From assembly GCA_040954595.2 (NCBI GenBank), contig CM082598.2:4417097-4481096 (forward strand): a DNA stretch of 64,000 nucleotides, written 5' to 3'. The DNA comes from Balanoglossus misakiensis. Lineage: Eukaryota > Animalia > Hemichordata. Under the pieces are notes generated by a model. The model saw only the letters and a list, made by a program, of their open reading frames with translations. It was not told where the DNA came from and searched no databases. Shown here piece by piece: positions 39,020 to 52,232 of this stretch. A program made the translations under genes and the position numbers. Each line of letters opens with the position of its first letter. The stretch's first letter is position 1.

Positions 39020-42000
39020 ATGACAGGAGAAAGTATTCCTCCCTATAAATCTCTTCTTTATGACCTGCATAAGCATTGTGACGAAGATGATGTACAATCT
39101 CTCAAAGCTTTAATTCATAATGATATTCCACCAAGGCAGAAGCAAGGCATGAAAACCGCCATGGAATTGTTTAAATGTTTAGACAACCGGGGTCATATAA
39201 GCAAAGACAACCTGGCCTACCTGAAGACGCGGTTTAAGGAAATGGGGAAAAACAATTTAGTGAAGAAGATTGAAGATTATGAAGCAAAGCACATAAAAAG
39301 TACATGGAAGTCAGATCTATATCGACAAGAAAAAAAGAAAAAATATATACTAAGTTTAACGGTTCATGCATTTTCATAACCTCTCCAAAGAAAGTAATTT
39401 AATTCATTCTCTGAAGATGTAAACTGCACTTCCATCCTACTTAAGGTAGACTGCTTTTTCTTAGAATACAAATTGGGGTTACAGTGCAAAATTTTGAAAA
39501 TCCATACATAAAAGATACAGAGACTGTCAGACTGACACCAGAAAAACTACAGTTCCGTAACTACCTCCAGAAAAATCGTTCAAGTGTCAGAGGCCACCAT
39601 TATTGGAGGCAGAAAGGGCTGAAGTCGTAATATGGTTGGAGACGTGCGACTGTTGACTAAACTAACAACATGTTTGTGTTCAACTGCTTCAGGTAAGAAG
39701 ACTGAGCTAGACACACCCAAGAGCAGTTCTATGCCAGGACCTAACACTGTAGGAAGCTACCACTCAAGTGAAGGGGCTGAAGACGCTTCAGCAGCTAGTA
39801 AGTGACCAAGTACATTTACCCAGCAATTCATAATCGCATGCAAACATTGCAGTTTATGGCTCTAAAATTGTGGATATCTTGAAATAAAAAAGTGCTTCAT
39901 TTGGTGTCACAGAAAGGACTTTCATGAGTCTCATATCTGTTCATTTATGTCAATTGTCTGATTAAGCACCTTGGTGAAATTGGTTGTAAACTGTGAAGCA
40001 CTAGATATAAGATCGTCATAATCTCAGAAGCGAAACAAAACTTTTATTATATTGTATTTTCAGATAATTTCCTCGATTGATGGGAGAGACCAATAACAGT
40101 TTTACTTTAATTTACTTATGTGACATCACAATTCCTCTATTTACAGGTAAACTGTTGATAAAAGCTAAAGTGAAAAAAGTAAAATTACTTCCAGGAAGAA
40201 ATGAAGATTCATCAACACAATCCAAAAAAACAGATTTTTTATTGAGTATTGCTAATAAAGTCTATGATGATGTTGACTTAAAGAAAGAAGGTTCTCTCAA
40301 AGAGGTTGAAGATCACCTGAAGTTTCTTGGAGCTTGGGTGGAGGAGTACATAATTTCTTCAATAATATGTGTGGTTGTGTGTCCCACATTAGATGTCCGG
40401 GAAAAAGTATTGTCTCAGCTCGCGAGCGGAGTCTTACAACAAGTGTTCCAGAAGGCCATCATCACTGATGAGTTGTTAGAGAGTCTTCAGGCTGAAGACA
40501 TAACCATGGAAGTGACAATCTCAGAAGATTACAGGAAATGGAACCAAGGTCAAATTTTAGTCACACTTTAGCCCCATTCACATGCATAATTTAATTAACA
40601 GTGTCGATCTCCGTTGGATTCTCCACCTGTTGTATGACATGATAGCAATTAAGCACATAAAAGTACATTTAAGTGAGATCCATATCGACAAGAAAAAAAG
40701 AAAAAATATATACTAAGTTTAACGGTTCATGCATTTTCATAACCTCTCCAAAAAAGTAATTTTATTCACTATCTGAAGATGTAAACTGCACTTCCATCGT
40801 ACTTAAGGTAGATACAGAGACAGTCAGACTGACACCAGAAAAACTACAGTTCCGTAACTACCTCCAGAAAAATCGTTCAAGTGTCAGAGGCCACCATTAT
40901 TGGAGGCGGAAAGGGCTGAAGTCGTAATATGGTTGGAGACGTGCGACTGTTGACTAAACTAACAACATGTTTGTGTTCAACTGCTTCAGGTAAGAAGACT
41001 GAGCTAGACACACCCAAGAGCAGTTCTATTCCAGGACCTAGCACTGTAGGAAGCTACCACTCAAGTGAAGGGGCTGAAGACTCTTCAGCAGCTAGTAAGT
41101 GACCAAGTACATTTACCCAGCAATTCATAATCGCATGCAAACATTGCAGTTTATGGCTCTAAAATTGTGGATATCTTGAAATAAAAAAGTGCTTCATTTG
41201 GTGTCACAGAAAGGACTTTCATGAGTCTCATATCTGTTCATTTATGTCAATTGTCTGATTAAGCACCTTGGTGAAATTGGTTGGAAACTGTGAAGCACTA
41301 GATATAAGATCGTCATAATCTCAGAAGGGAAACAATACTTTTATTATATTGTATTTTCAGATAATTTCCTAGATTGATGGAAGAGACCAATAACAGTTTT
41401 ACTTTAATTTACTTATGTGACATCACAATTACTCTATTTACAGGTAAACTGTTGATAAAAGCTACAGTAAAAGAAGTAAAATTACGTCCAGGAAGTTATG
41501 AAGATAAAAAAGCAGAATTTTTATTGGATATTGCTAAAAAAGTCTATGATGGTGTTGACTTAAAGAAAGAAGGTGCTCTCAAAGAGGTTGAAGATCACCT
41601 GAAGTTTCTTGGAGCTTGGGCGGAGGAGTACATATCTTCTTCAATAATATGTGTGGTTGTGTGTCCCACATTAGATGTCCGGGAAAAAGTATTGTCTCAG
41701 CTCGCGAGCGGAGTCTTACAACAAGTGTTCCAGAAGGCCATCATCACTGATGAGTTGTTAGAGAGTCTTCAGGCTGAAGACATCACCATGGAAGTGACAA
41801 TCTCAGAAGATTACAGGGAATGGAGCCAAGGTAAAATTTTAGCCACACTTTAGCCCCATTCACATGCATAATTTAATTAACAGTGTCGATCTCCGTTGGA
41901 TTCTCCACCTGTTGTATGACATGATAGCAATTAAGCACATAAAAGTACATTTAAGTGAGATCCATATCGACAAGAAAAAAAGAAAAAATATAAACTAAGT

Positions 42001-42879
42001 TTGACAGTTCATGCTATTCATAACCTCTCCACAGAAAGTAATTTAATTCACTCTCTGAAGATGTAAACTGCACTTCCATCCTACTTAAGGTAGATACAGA
42101 GACAGTCAGACTGACCAGAAAAACTGCAGTTCCGTAACTACCTCCAGCAAAATCGTTCAAATGTCAGAGGCCACCATCATTGCAGGCGGAAAGGGCTGAA
42201 GTCGTAATATAGTCGGAGACATGCGACTGTTGACTAAACTAACAACATGTTTGTGTTCAACTGCTTCAGGTGAGAAGACTGAGCTAGACGCACTCAAGAG
42301 CAGATCTATGCCAGGACCGAGCACTGCAGGACGCTATATCCACTCAAGTGAAGGGGCTGAAGACACTTCAGCAACTCGTAAGTGACCAAGTACATCTACT
42401 ATTTTGGATTTACAGTGTGCCATATTCCTTATTTGCAAATTAATATGATCTCATGCATCTCAAATATTGAGGTTATGACTCTAAAATTGCTCATATCTTG
42501 AAATAAAAACATGCTTCGTTTGGCATCTTCCTCTAAACGAATCCGTATTTTAATGACAACGCATTTTTCTTTCTTCTCAGGCCCTACAGTGAAAAGTGTT
42601 GATCCTGTATCAGACATGTACAGGTACTTGAACGATCACCTCGTTGCAGATGATTTGGACACACTCAAATATATGCTGCACGGAAAAATCCCGCCGAGAA
42701 AACTCCAGCAACTGACGGACGCGGCCGACATTTTCATCTGTCTCGAAGAAAGGGGAGATATAAAGAGAGATACCTGCGATTTTGAATATCTCAAGGAGCT
42801 GCTTCGCCTAACGGGGAAAATCAATCTGATTACAGAAGTTGAAAAATGCGAGCAACAGTTGCAAGGAAGACGATTTTGA
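39020..42879 (+). CDS. Unit B: DED - TRADD-N-like - TRADD-N-like - DED adaptor with no enzyme domain. Exons 39019-39299, 39693-39797, 40147-40548, 40990-41094, 41444-41830, 42270-42377, 42581-42879
   Basis: All internal exons are phase 1-1 with lengths divisible by 3. The N- and C-terminal DEDs are recognisable. The middle domains (..SSIICVVVCPTLDVREKVLSQLASGVLQQVFQKAIITDELLESL...MEVTISEDY) resemble the invertebrate TRADD-like N-terminal family, recognised from memory. The donor at 40548 (gtcaaa) is weak. Confidence 0.7.
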
Positions 42880-45491
42880 TTTGATTTATTTAGCCCTTAA
42901 AAGAAAACTGACAAAACACTAAAATAAACTGTAACAACCTAAATTTGGCACCAAGGATAACAGAATAGTTAAAAACCAGTTTTTCCACTGTGTTCCCATA
43001 AAGACGACCATAACATAGAAAATATATGACTCCAGAGTTCAAGATCCCACGTTTCCAATTTCCATATTACAATTGCTTCGCATTTTTAAAGCTCCATTAG
43101 CTGTAATTTTTTACCTGCAGTTTCTTGTTCGAATGATGAAACATCCATAGCTTATTGACACAACATCTATGTAAAATAGCAATTTTCATGTTGTATTCAA
43201 AGCCTTATCACAAATTAGTTCTAAGTGTGTTAGTGATAAATAACTTTAAAGAGACAAAGTCTCTCTCTCGCTGCCCCTTTTTCAATTAATTATGTTTGAT
43301 ACAAGACACCGTTTATGTTATTGTACATGTGGATATATGGTGAATCAACATTCGATCACACACAACTTCCATCTTGTTTGTAGACACGAGAGTGAAAAAA
43401 AACTCGCCAAAATGAATAATCGGTCTCTACCATTTATTCATTTTGCACGAGTTTTTACTCTCATATCATACAAGTGGGATGGAAATTGTGTGTGGTTTAA
43501 TAACATAAACGGTGTCTTGTATCAAACATAAGTAATGGAAAAAGGGCTGCGAGATTCAACAGTTACTTGTATTCAAAAAAGGTAAATCCTTGTTTCATAA
43601 TATTTTGTTGAAATAAAATGTAAAATGGTATCATCCAAATGCAGCTGCCTGAACGACTTACCATATATGGAATCAAGGGGGCCATAATTCTTGGAACTGT
43701 CATAGTTATATTTAAACACCAAAATGAACCAGTCCTGGCCAGTTTGAGGAGCAGCTCACAGCAAAGAGTATCGGTGCTGTTGTTTTGAAGGTTCCAGAAA
43801 AAGTTGTCCCTCTAACATCGCTGGAAGACGAATACTCTCCAGGTCAGTGATTTAATTATCTTCAAAAGACAAATCAGACCACTTATTTTCAGAAGTATTT
43901 GAGTTCTAAATCGACACAGGTTGCAATGTATGCTTTGTTAGGAGAGTCATTCTCGATAGTGTCCATTACTGTGCATAATATTACCATTGCCTGTGTGTCG
44001 CATTTTAATTGGTCGAGATGAACGACGTCACTGACGACAAATACTCAGTAATGGTTTGTTTTAATACATGCCTGTAAATCTGAATAGTAATATTAGCATA
44101 CAGTTCAGTGAATACAACATTTTGCGTAACACAAGTTCCGGGGCCCCCTTTATTTTTGCGTGCGACATTTTCGTAAATTTTGACGGTTTTCTTGAGTTCG
44201 TTGGTGATATAATGGAAATAACCGACTCCGCCCTAACTATTAACGTTTGTTTATGGGCTCGGGCGAGAGGAAAGCCAAAATTCATGGGCTCGGAAGCCTT
44301 GCCCATGGATTTTTGGCTTTCCCCTCGCCCTTGCCCATAAACAAACGTTAATGGTCAGGGCGTTGCCCATTATTTCTATAATACATACATACATACATAC
44401 AGTGATTTGATGGGTGTACTAAAAACTAACTTATAATACAGGAAAAGATATAAAAGATTGAGATATGACAATGAAGGGACGGGGAAATTAAGCGAAAACA
44501 GATGTCTTTTTGTAGTGCGTATACATCGGAAAATCCCGCTCATCGAAGTTTCAACAACTCTATTATTGAACAAGCTTTTGAAGATTTGAGAGCTGGGTTC
44601 GAGTTAGTTTTATGAGTCGATAGCCTTGAAATGTTCACTTATCCAGTAGAATCCGACTTTCGATCAAGCAACCATTCGCGTCAGTATATGTCCACAGGGG
44701 GAAAAGATCCAGGAACTGTCCTGGAGAGTGAAACTACATGTAGACGTTACAGAGCGCTATATACTGCCAACACCCGGTAGACAAAAAACACATTGTTCAA
44801 AGACCATTGCTATTGCCTGATAAATGACTTACATTGCTTACTCATGATAACCTGCACGTATCGAAACTCTGGTGTCTCTCATAATGGTGACTCACCATAA
44901 TCAATCTGATCACGGTTACTAGTAACCGTGATCTGATTAAAATTTTAATCAGATTGACCTCTGATCAACCTACAATTCACCAAAACAGATACAGGGGAAC
45001 AATATAACATCACAAATATTTCATCATATTGTATCAAACTTCAAAAACTCATCTTATCAAAACCTGGCAACCAGTCAGATGTGGAGAATTTACGATACCA
45101 GCCAGTCAGCCCAAGACCTTTGTCCCACCTCAGGCAGTGACTTTTATTGTGTACAGGTCGATGGTTGGGGACAGTCACTCTGTTTACAAGCATTTCATTT
45201 TATACATTAAAGACACATTTTTGTTGGCAGGAATAGACCTTTTTTGTTAACGGAAATGTTTATTGAGAAACAAAAGAGCAGCTTTGCATAAAATATTCAC
45301 CTGTAATGTCTGGGTACAAGGCGTTCTAAATTTTAATGGGTGACAAAGAGACTTCATTTAGGCAATATTGCACCTTATGCCATCCCAACATGGGATTTGG
45401 ACATCCCCTGGAAGAAACCAGTTTGTGGAGAGCTATAGCTGCATGAGTCTTTTCTCCATTCTTTTTTTACAGACTCAAATAAAGAAACACG

Positions 45492-48400
45492 ATGTCGACG
45501 CGAACTGACGTTGATCCATTTTCAGTTCTTCTGGTGAAAATAGATAATCAATGTACAAAAGATGACGTTGACACACTCAAAGTATATGTTGCTAAAGACA
45601 TTCCACCAAGGCAGCTGGAAAAAATGAACAGAGTCGTCGAAGTCCTGACAGAATTAAAAGTCCGTGGTCATATAAGTGAAGACAAGATTGCCTACCTGAA
45701 GAAGCTCTTTACAAAAATGGAAAAAGACCTAATAGTGAAAATGATTGACGATTATGAGAAACAGCATATAAATAGTAAGTAAGATTCATATGGAATGTGT
45801 TAAAAGAGGTACTGTTACTTCATTTTAAGTTTCAGGTAAAGTGAATAATTTTCTCAAGAACATTAAATTAAAGATACATAGTCGAGTATTAGAATGATAG
45901 AAGGAAATCTAGGGATACCCAACTTCCTCGAGCAAAATGATCCAAATATCTTAGTTAGGCTGCATTCACAAACACCTCTGGAGGGGGGGGGGGGCAGGAG
46001 AATTGAGGGGGGGATTTGAAAAAATTGAGGGTATGTAAGGGGGGATTTGAAATAATTTTGGGACTGTAAAGGGGGGACTTGAAAACTTTGAGGACTAAAT
46101 ATTTATTTTGAGTCTACAAAAATGCAGTTTTGAACCCTTCATAATACAAATTTTTCTCATGTGGGTAGGGGGACACCCCCTCCCACACCCACCCCCGTCA
46201 TTCATCAGCACCTTTAAATCATTGACTGTTTTATCTAGTGTCCCAGGACAGGGGACTTGCCCCCACCCCATGATAACTTTGAGCGGCGACGGTTAAATTT
46301 GTCCTCCCCAACATACCGGTAGTTGAGTTAATTTGCTTTTGCCGGGTTCATTAAAATGCAGTTGTGAACTCTGTATTTTATAAAATTTTCTTTCAAACCC
46401 ACCCCCTTCACTTCTCGGTTTACAATGTCTCCCAACACAGATTACTAAGTTTAAAAAAAATGGAAACAATGTTCAGTTTTAATACCCACTGATAAGGGGA
46501 AACATCAGTTTCAAATTCTTCTCATGGGAGCGCTGTTTTTCTTTTTTACAAGATAGATAGGTGATGCGTTTTGCTGTGTGAAAGAAAATGGGGGGGGGGA
46601 TTTGAAAATTTTAGCAGTTCGGAAGGGGGGATTTGAAAATATTTCGGGTTGTTGAGGGGGGCATGTGAAAATTAACGGTAAAAAAATTGAATTCTACCGC
46701 CCCCCCCCCCCTCCAGAGGTGTTTGTGAATGCAGCCTTAGACGCGACCATTATTGGAGGCGGAAAGGACTGAAGTCGTAATATGGTCAGAGACATTCGAC
46801 TGTTGACTAAAATAATAACGAAAATGTTTGCGTTCAATTGCTTCAGGTGAGAAGACTGACGTTGATCCATTTTCAGATCTTCTGGTGAAAATAGATAATC
46901 AATGTACAAAAGATGACGTTGACACACTCAAAGTATATGTTGCTAAAGACATTCCACCAAGGCAGCTGGAAAAAATGAACAGAGTCGTCGAAGTCCTGAC
47001 AGAATTAAAAGTCCGTGGTCATATAAGTGAAGACAAGATTGCCTACCTGAAGAAGCTCTTTAAAAAAATGGAAAAAGACCTAATAGTGAAGATGATTGAC
47101 GATTATGAGAAACAGCATATAAATAGTAAGTAAGATTCATATGGAATGAGTTAAAAGAGGTACTGTTACTTCATTTTAAGTTTCAGGTAAAGTGAATAAT
47201 TTTCTCAAGAACATTAAATTAAAGATACATAGTCGAAAAAATTGAGGGTATGTAAGAGGGGGATTTGAAATAATTTTGGGACTGTAAAGGGGGGACTTGA
47301 AAAACTTTGAGGACTAAATATTTATTTTGAGTCCACAAAAATGCAGTTTTGAACCCTTCATAATACAAATTTTTCTCATGTGGGTAGGGGGACACCCCCT
47401 CCCACACCCACCCCCGTCATTCATCAGCACCTTTAAATCATTGACTGTTTTATCTAGTGTCCCAGGTCAGGGGACTTGCCCCCACCCCATGATAACTTTG
47501 AGCGGCGACGGTTAAATTTGTCCTCCCCAACATACCAGTAGTTGAGTTAATTTGCTTTTGCCGGGTTCATTAAAATGCAGTTGTGAACTCTGTATTTTAT
47601 AAAATTTTCTTTCAAACCCACCCCCTTCACTTCTCGGTTTACAATGTCTCCCAACACAGATTACTAAGTTTAAAAAAAATGGAAACAATGTTCAGTTTTA
47701 ATACCCACTGATAAGGGGAAACATCAGTTTCAAATTCTTTTCATGGGAGCGCTGTTTTTCTTTTTTACAAGATAGATAGGTGATGCGTTTTGCTGTGTGA
47801 AAGAAAATGGGGGGGGGGGGGATTTGAAAATTTTAGCAGTTCGGAAAGGGGGATTTGAAAATATTTCGGGTTGTTGAGGGGGGCATGTGAAAATTAACGG
47901 TAAAAAAATTGAATTCTACCGCCCCCCCCCCCCCCCTCCAGAGGTGTTTGTGAATGCAGCCTTAGACGCGACCATTATTGGAGGCGGAAAGGACTGAAGT
48001 CGTAATATGGTCAGAGACATTCGACTGTTGACTAAAATAATAACGAAAATGTTTGCGTTCAATTGCTTCAGGTGAGAAGACTGAGCTAGACACACCCAAG
48101 AGCAGATCTATGCCAGGACCGAGCACTGTAGACACACCCACGAGCAGATCTATGCCAGGACCGAGCACTGTAGAACGCTACCACCCAAGCGACGGGGCTA
48201 CAAACATTTCAGCAACTCGTAAGAGAAAAAGTGAATCTACTATTTTTGTATGCTATTATGTTTGCGAATTATAACCAAACAATTTATAATCGCATGTAAA
48301 CATTATGGTTGTGGCTTTAAAATTGCTTATTTCTTGAAATAAACAAATGCTTTGACAACGCATTTTTTCTTCTTCTCAGGACCTACCGGTACAGTGGAAA

Positions 48401-50192
48401 GTGTTGCAAGCTCGAAGGAACCAAGGTAAAATTTCAAGTTTATAAACATACTATAGCCTCATTCACCTACAGTATTTATTAATGTACCAATATGACTGTA
48501 TGTCTATGTTTGTAACTACATCAGTTGTATGACATATAACATACCCATATCTCATAAATAACTCGCAAGCCAGTCGTGATTGTTAATTCAACGCAGCTGC
48601 AAAATTAATACCTGCAGTTGTGCTAGGAACTGAATTCTGTAGTACAACTTCATTTGGGGACAGTCCATTGATGCCTTGCAAAAGGGGGGGCAGTTAAGGA
48701 GAGTCCTGGGCATGGACCACTTCGTGGATAGAATAACGCAGGGGGTTGTGGGACAGTTTGCGTTCTGATGCTCTGCATTAGCCATGTATACGCTATGTTG
48801 AAAATTATACCATCATGCATTACAGATACCCTTTCCGCGTAGTGGTATAATGTATGCATGATGGATGCACTGTGAGACAGACGAAAAGACAGACTTCAAT
48901 GCACTTTGGCTTACCAGATGTAAAAATATCATGTACATCTTTACTTTCTTAACCTGTACAGAATGGCGGGGTCCGGAATACTGGTGATTGGTGATGAGTG
49001 GGGTACACAGAAAGGTGGACTTTCTACCGTTAACAGACACGTCGCCTCATTGGCTGCGAAAACCGGGAAGGAGGTCTTTGCAACGGCTCTTGAAGCAACA
49101 CAAGAAGATAAGGAAGATGCCTCTGATAATGGTGTAAGCCTGCAGGTTGGAAGGCCGTATCGTGGTGAAAAGATACCAAATATGAAGTGGTTAAACACGT
49201 ATCACAAGGATCATTTTCCAGACATCGCGAAACTTGATGTTGATGTCATCATAGGTCACATGCCAATCACCTCTCCTGGTGCACTTGATATCAACAAGCA
49301 ATTGTTTCAATCGAAGAAGAAAGTGATCCTCTTCAACCACGTCATACCAGAAGATATTGAGGTACACAAGCCATCGTGGTCCGCAGAGAAGGTTGAGGAG
49401 AAAGAGGAGGCTCTCTGTAAAGAAGCTGCCCAGGCCAATGTAGTCTTCTCGGTCGGTCCACGCATGTATAGTCACTTCGAAAACAAATATCGCCAGTACA
49501 CGTCACTCAAACACAAGCTCTTTCTACCAATGCCAGATGACAAGTTCTTCAAAATCGAGATGAAGAAGCCCAGTGAAACATGCAAGGTCCAGATCCTGAC
49601 CTTTGGTAGAGTCGATGGTGTTGCCAACCTCAAAGGCTATGATCTGGTGGCAAGAGCATTGAGTCAAACCGTAAAGGATAGGAAGAGAACCCACCCATCA
49701 CAAGACCCCGCAGTTTGGACCATCAGGGGTATACCGAAAGGAGAAGAGCAGAAGACAAAGAAAGACTTAGAAGGCCATGTCGAGTCCGGTCATCTGCAAA
49801 TCAATCCGTATCCTTATGGATCTCAGGATAAGATTAGGGTTGATATTCAGCAGAGTCATCTATGCTTGATGCCTTCTCGTAGTGAGCCGTTTGGTATGGT
49901 TGGCTTAGAGGCCATCGCAGCTGGAATCCCTGTCCTTGTGACGAAGAACTCGGGCTTAGCCACGTTTCTCACCCGTTATATTGAACCGGATATGGCGAAA
50001 GCGGTAACCGTCGACGTCGGCGTGAACAAAGCGGAATGCGATAAAGATATCCGCGAATGGTCCACCCGTATCAGCCAAGTTCTGAACGAATATGACGTAG
50101 CCTTCGAGAGGGCACAGAAGATGAAGAAACTTCTCCAAGAATGCAAGGCTGTTCGTGACACACACGAAGCATTCAAAGCAGAGTGCCGCTAG
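45492..50192 (+). CDS. Gene C: DED - DED - linker - GT4 glycosyltransferase. Exons 45492-45774, 46847-47125, 48072-48218, 48380-48425, 48962-50192
   Basis: Two near-identical DED exons (DPFS.LLVKIDNQCTKDDVDTLKVYV..DIPPRQLEKM), compatible phases, and an intact 409-aa GT4 with EPFGMVGLEA. Confidence 0.85.
45958..46736. mobile_element. PIF/Harbinger-like non-autonomous element (left-truncated duplicate at ~47236-47961)
   Basis: TIRs ggctgcattcacaaacacctctggagggg / cccctccagaggtgtttgtgaatgcagcc with a 3-bp TTA target duplication. Confidence 0.8.
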
Positions 50193-52093
50193 TGAACTCT
50201 TATTCTGGCTATTAAAGGGACAAAGTCTCTCTCTCGCTGCCCTTTTACCATTAATTATATTTGATACAAGACACCGTTTATATTAATGTACATGTGGATA
50301 TATATAGTGGATCAACGTTCGACCACATACACCTTCCATCCCACTTGTACACACAAGACACCGTTTATATTAATGTACATGTGGATATATATAGTGGATC
50401 AACGTTCGACCACATACAACTTCCATCCCACTTGTACACACAAGGGTGAAAAACTTGCCAAAATGAATAATCGGTCTCTACCATTTATTCATTTTGGGCT
50501 AGTTTTTTACTCTCATATCATACAAGCAGGATGGAAGTTGTGTGTGGTTAAACATTCATTCACTACATACCGGTATACACATGTACATTAACATAAACAG
50601 TGTGTCGAACCCAATTAATGGAATTAAGCTGAGGGCAGCGAGAGAGAGAGAGAATAACTTTGTCCCTTTAAGATTCGCTACAGGCAGCACAAGACCAGTA
50701 ACCAATTTCCCACAGACAACAGTAGCAGCGTTGAGAAATATATTCCTATTTTCTATTGAATACCTAGATCAGATGACAGTACAACTTTAATAGAAGACTA
50801 TTAAATGCCTATACTCAAGCAACCATTCCAACTTATTCCATAAGTTACTATACTTCTAGTTCTAGTCAGTTGTGTTCGTTATCACTTTTTGGGTTTCTTA
50901 CAACCTATTTCAAACTACAAATTGCAAAATAATGTGTGTTTTAGGTGTACTGGTAAGAAATGTGGTATTACTCCTTGACTTGCTTTAGTATTTAAATCTG
51001 AATTAACATATCAAACATGATGTAAATGTTCCTCTTATGAAGAAGTCTGTATAGAATTAGCTATATGAAATTTGAAAATGAAAGTATACACGAAAATTAA
51101 AATATAATAAATTAATTGTATAATACAGGTTTGCCACTTCATCTTCAAAGTTTGACAGCATTAGACATTGTGTGTATTTGTTTTAAACATTCACAATACT
51201 GATGTAAGTTTATTTGCTCTAGTCTAACATGTACCGTAAATCTACTGTGATTTTTGAACAAGAAAATGCAACAGATACAGAAAGCAAAAAAATACTGAAA
51301 ACATACTGAAAAGTTACAGCTAATGATGTTTTAATGTTTCAAACTGACATGGTAATTCTTATATATTGCTCTGAAATGTAAAGATTCAACAGTTACTTGT
51401 ATTCAAAAAGGTAAATCCTAGTTTCAGAATGTTTTGTTGAAATAAAACGTAAAATGGTATCAACCAAATGCAGTTGCCTGTTGTTTGTTTGTTTGTTTGT
51501 TTGTTGTTGTTGTTGTTATTGATTGGCATAATAAATACATATGGTCACGTTTGTTTGTTGACATGTTAGGTATATTCAACCGTCAGGGTTAGGGTGTATT
51601 AAACGGTTAGAGTAAGTGTTGTCATTTTTTCGATCAACGGCATCGCGGCACTCCCAAATTAAGCCACAAGAAGAGACTGAGACTTCTCTTCTTGTGGTTG
51701 GGAGTGCCGTGGATCGAAAAACAACAAACAAACAAACAAACAATAAAATCGCGGAGGGAGAGCCCCCTGTGACCATATATGGAATCAAGGGGCCATAATT
51801 CTTGGAACCGTCCGTCATAGTTATTTTTAAACACCAAATTGAGCCACCTTAATTGCCAGTTTGAGGAGCAGCTCACAGCAAAGAGTAGCGGTGCTGTTGT
51901 TTTGACGGTTCTAGAAAAAGTTTTCCCTCTAACACCGCTGGAAGACGAATACTCTCGAGGTCAGTGATTTAACTATCTTCAAAAGACAGATCAGACCACC
52001 TATTTTCAGAAGTATTTGAGTGCTAAAGCGACACAGGTTGCAATGTATGCTTTGTTAGGACAGTCATTCTCAATAGTCGTCATTACTGTGCAA

Positions 52094-52232
52094 TACATAC
52101 CGGTACATACATACATACATGTACATACATACATACATACATACATACATACATACATACATACATACATACATACATACATACATACATACATACATAC
52201 ATACTTACATACATACATACTTACATACATAC
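52094..52232. repeat. (CATA)n microsatellite
   Basis: Direct reading. Expanded relative to the short paralogous runs at ~33168 and ~44383. Confidence 0.95.
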
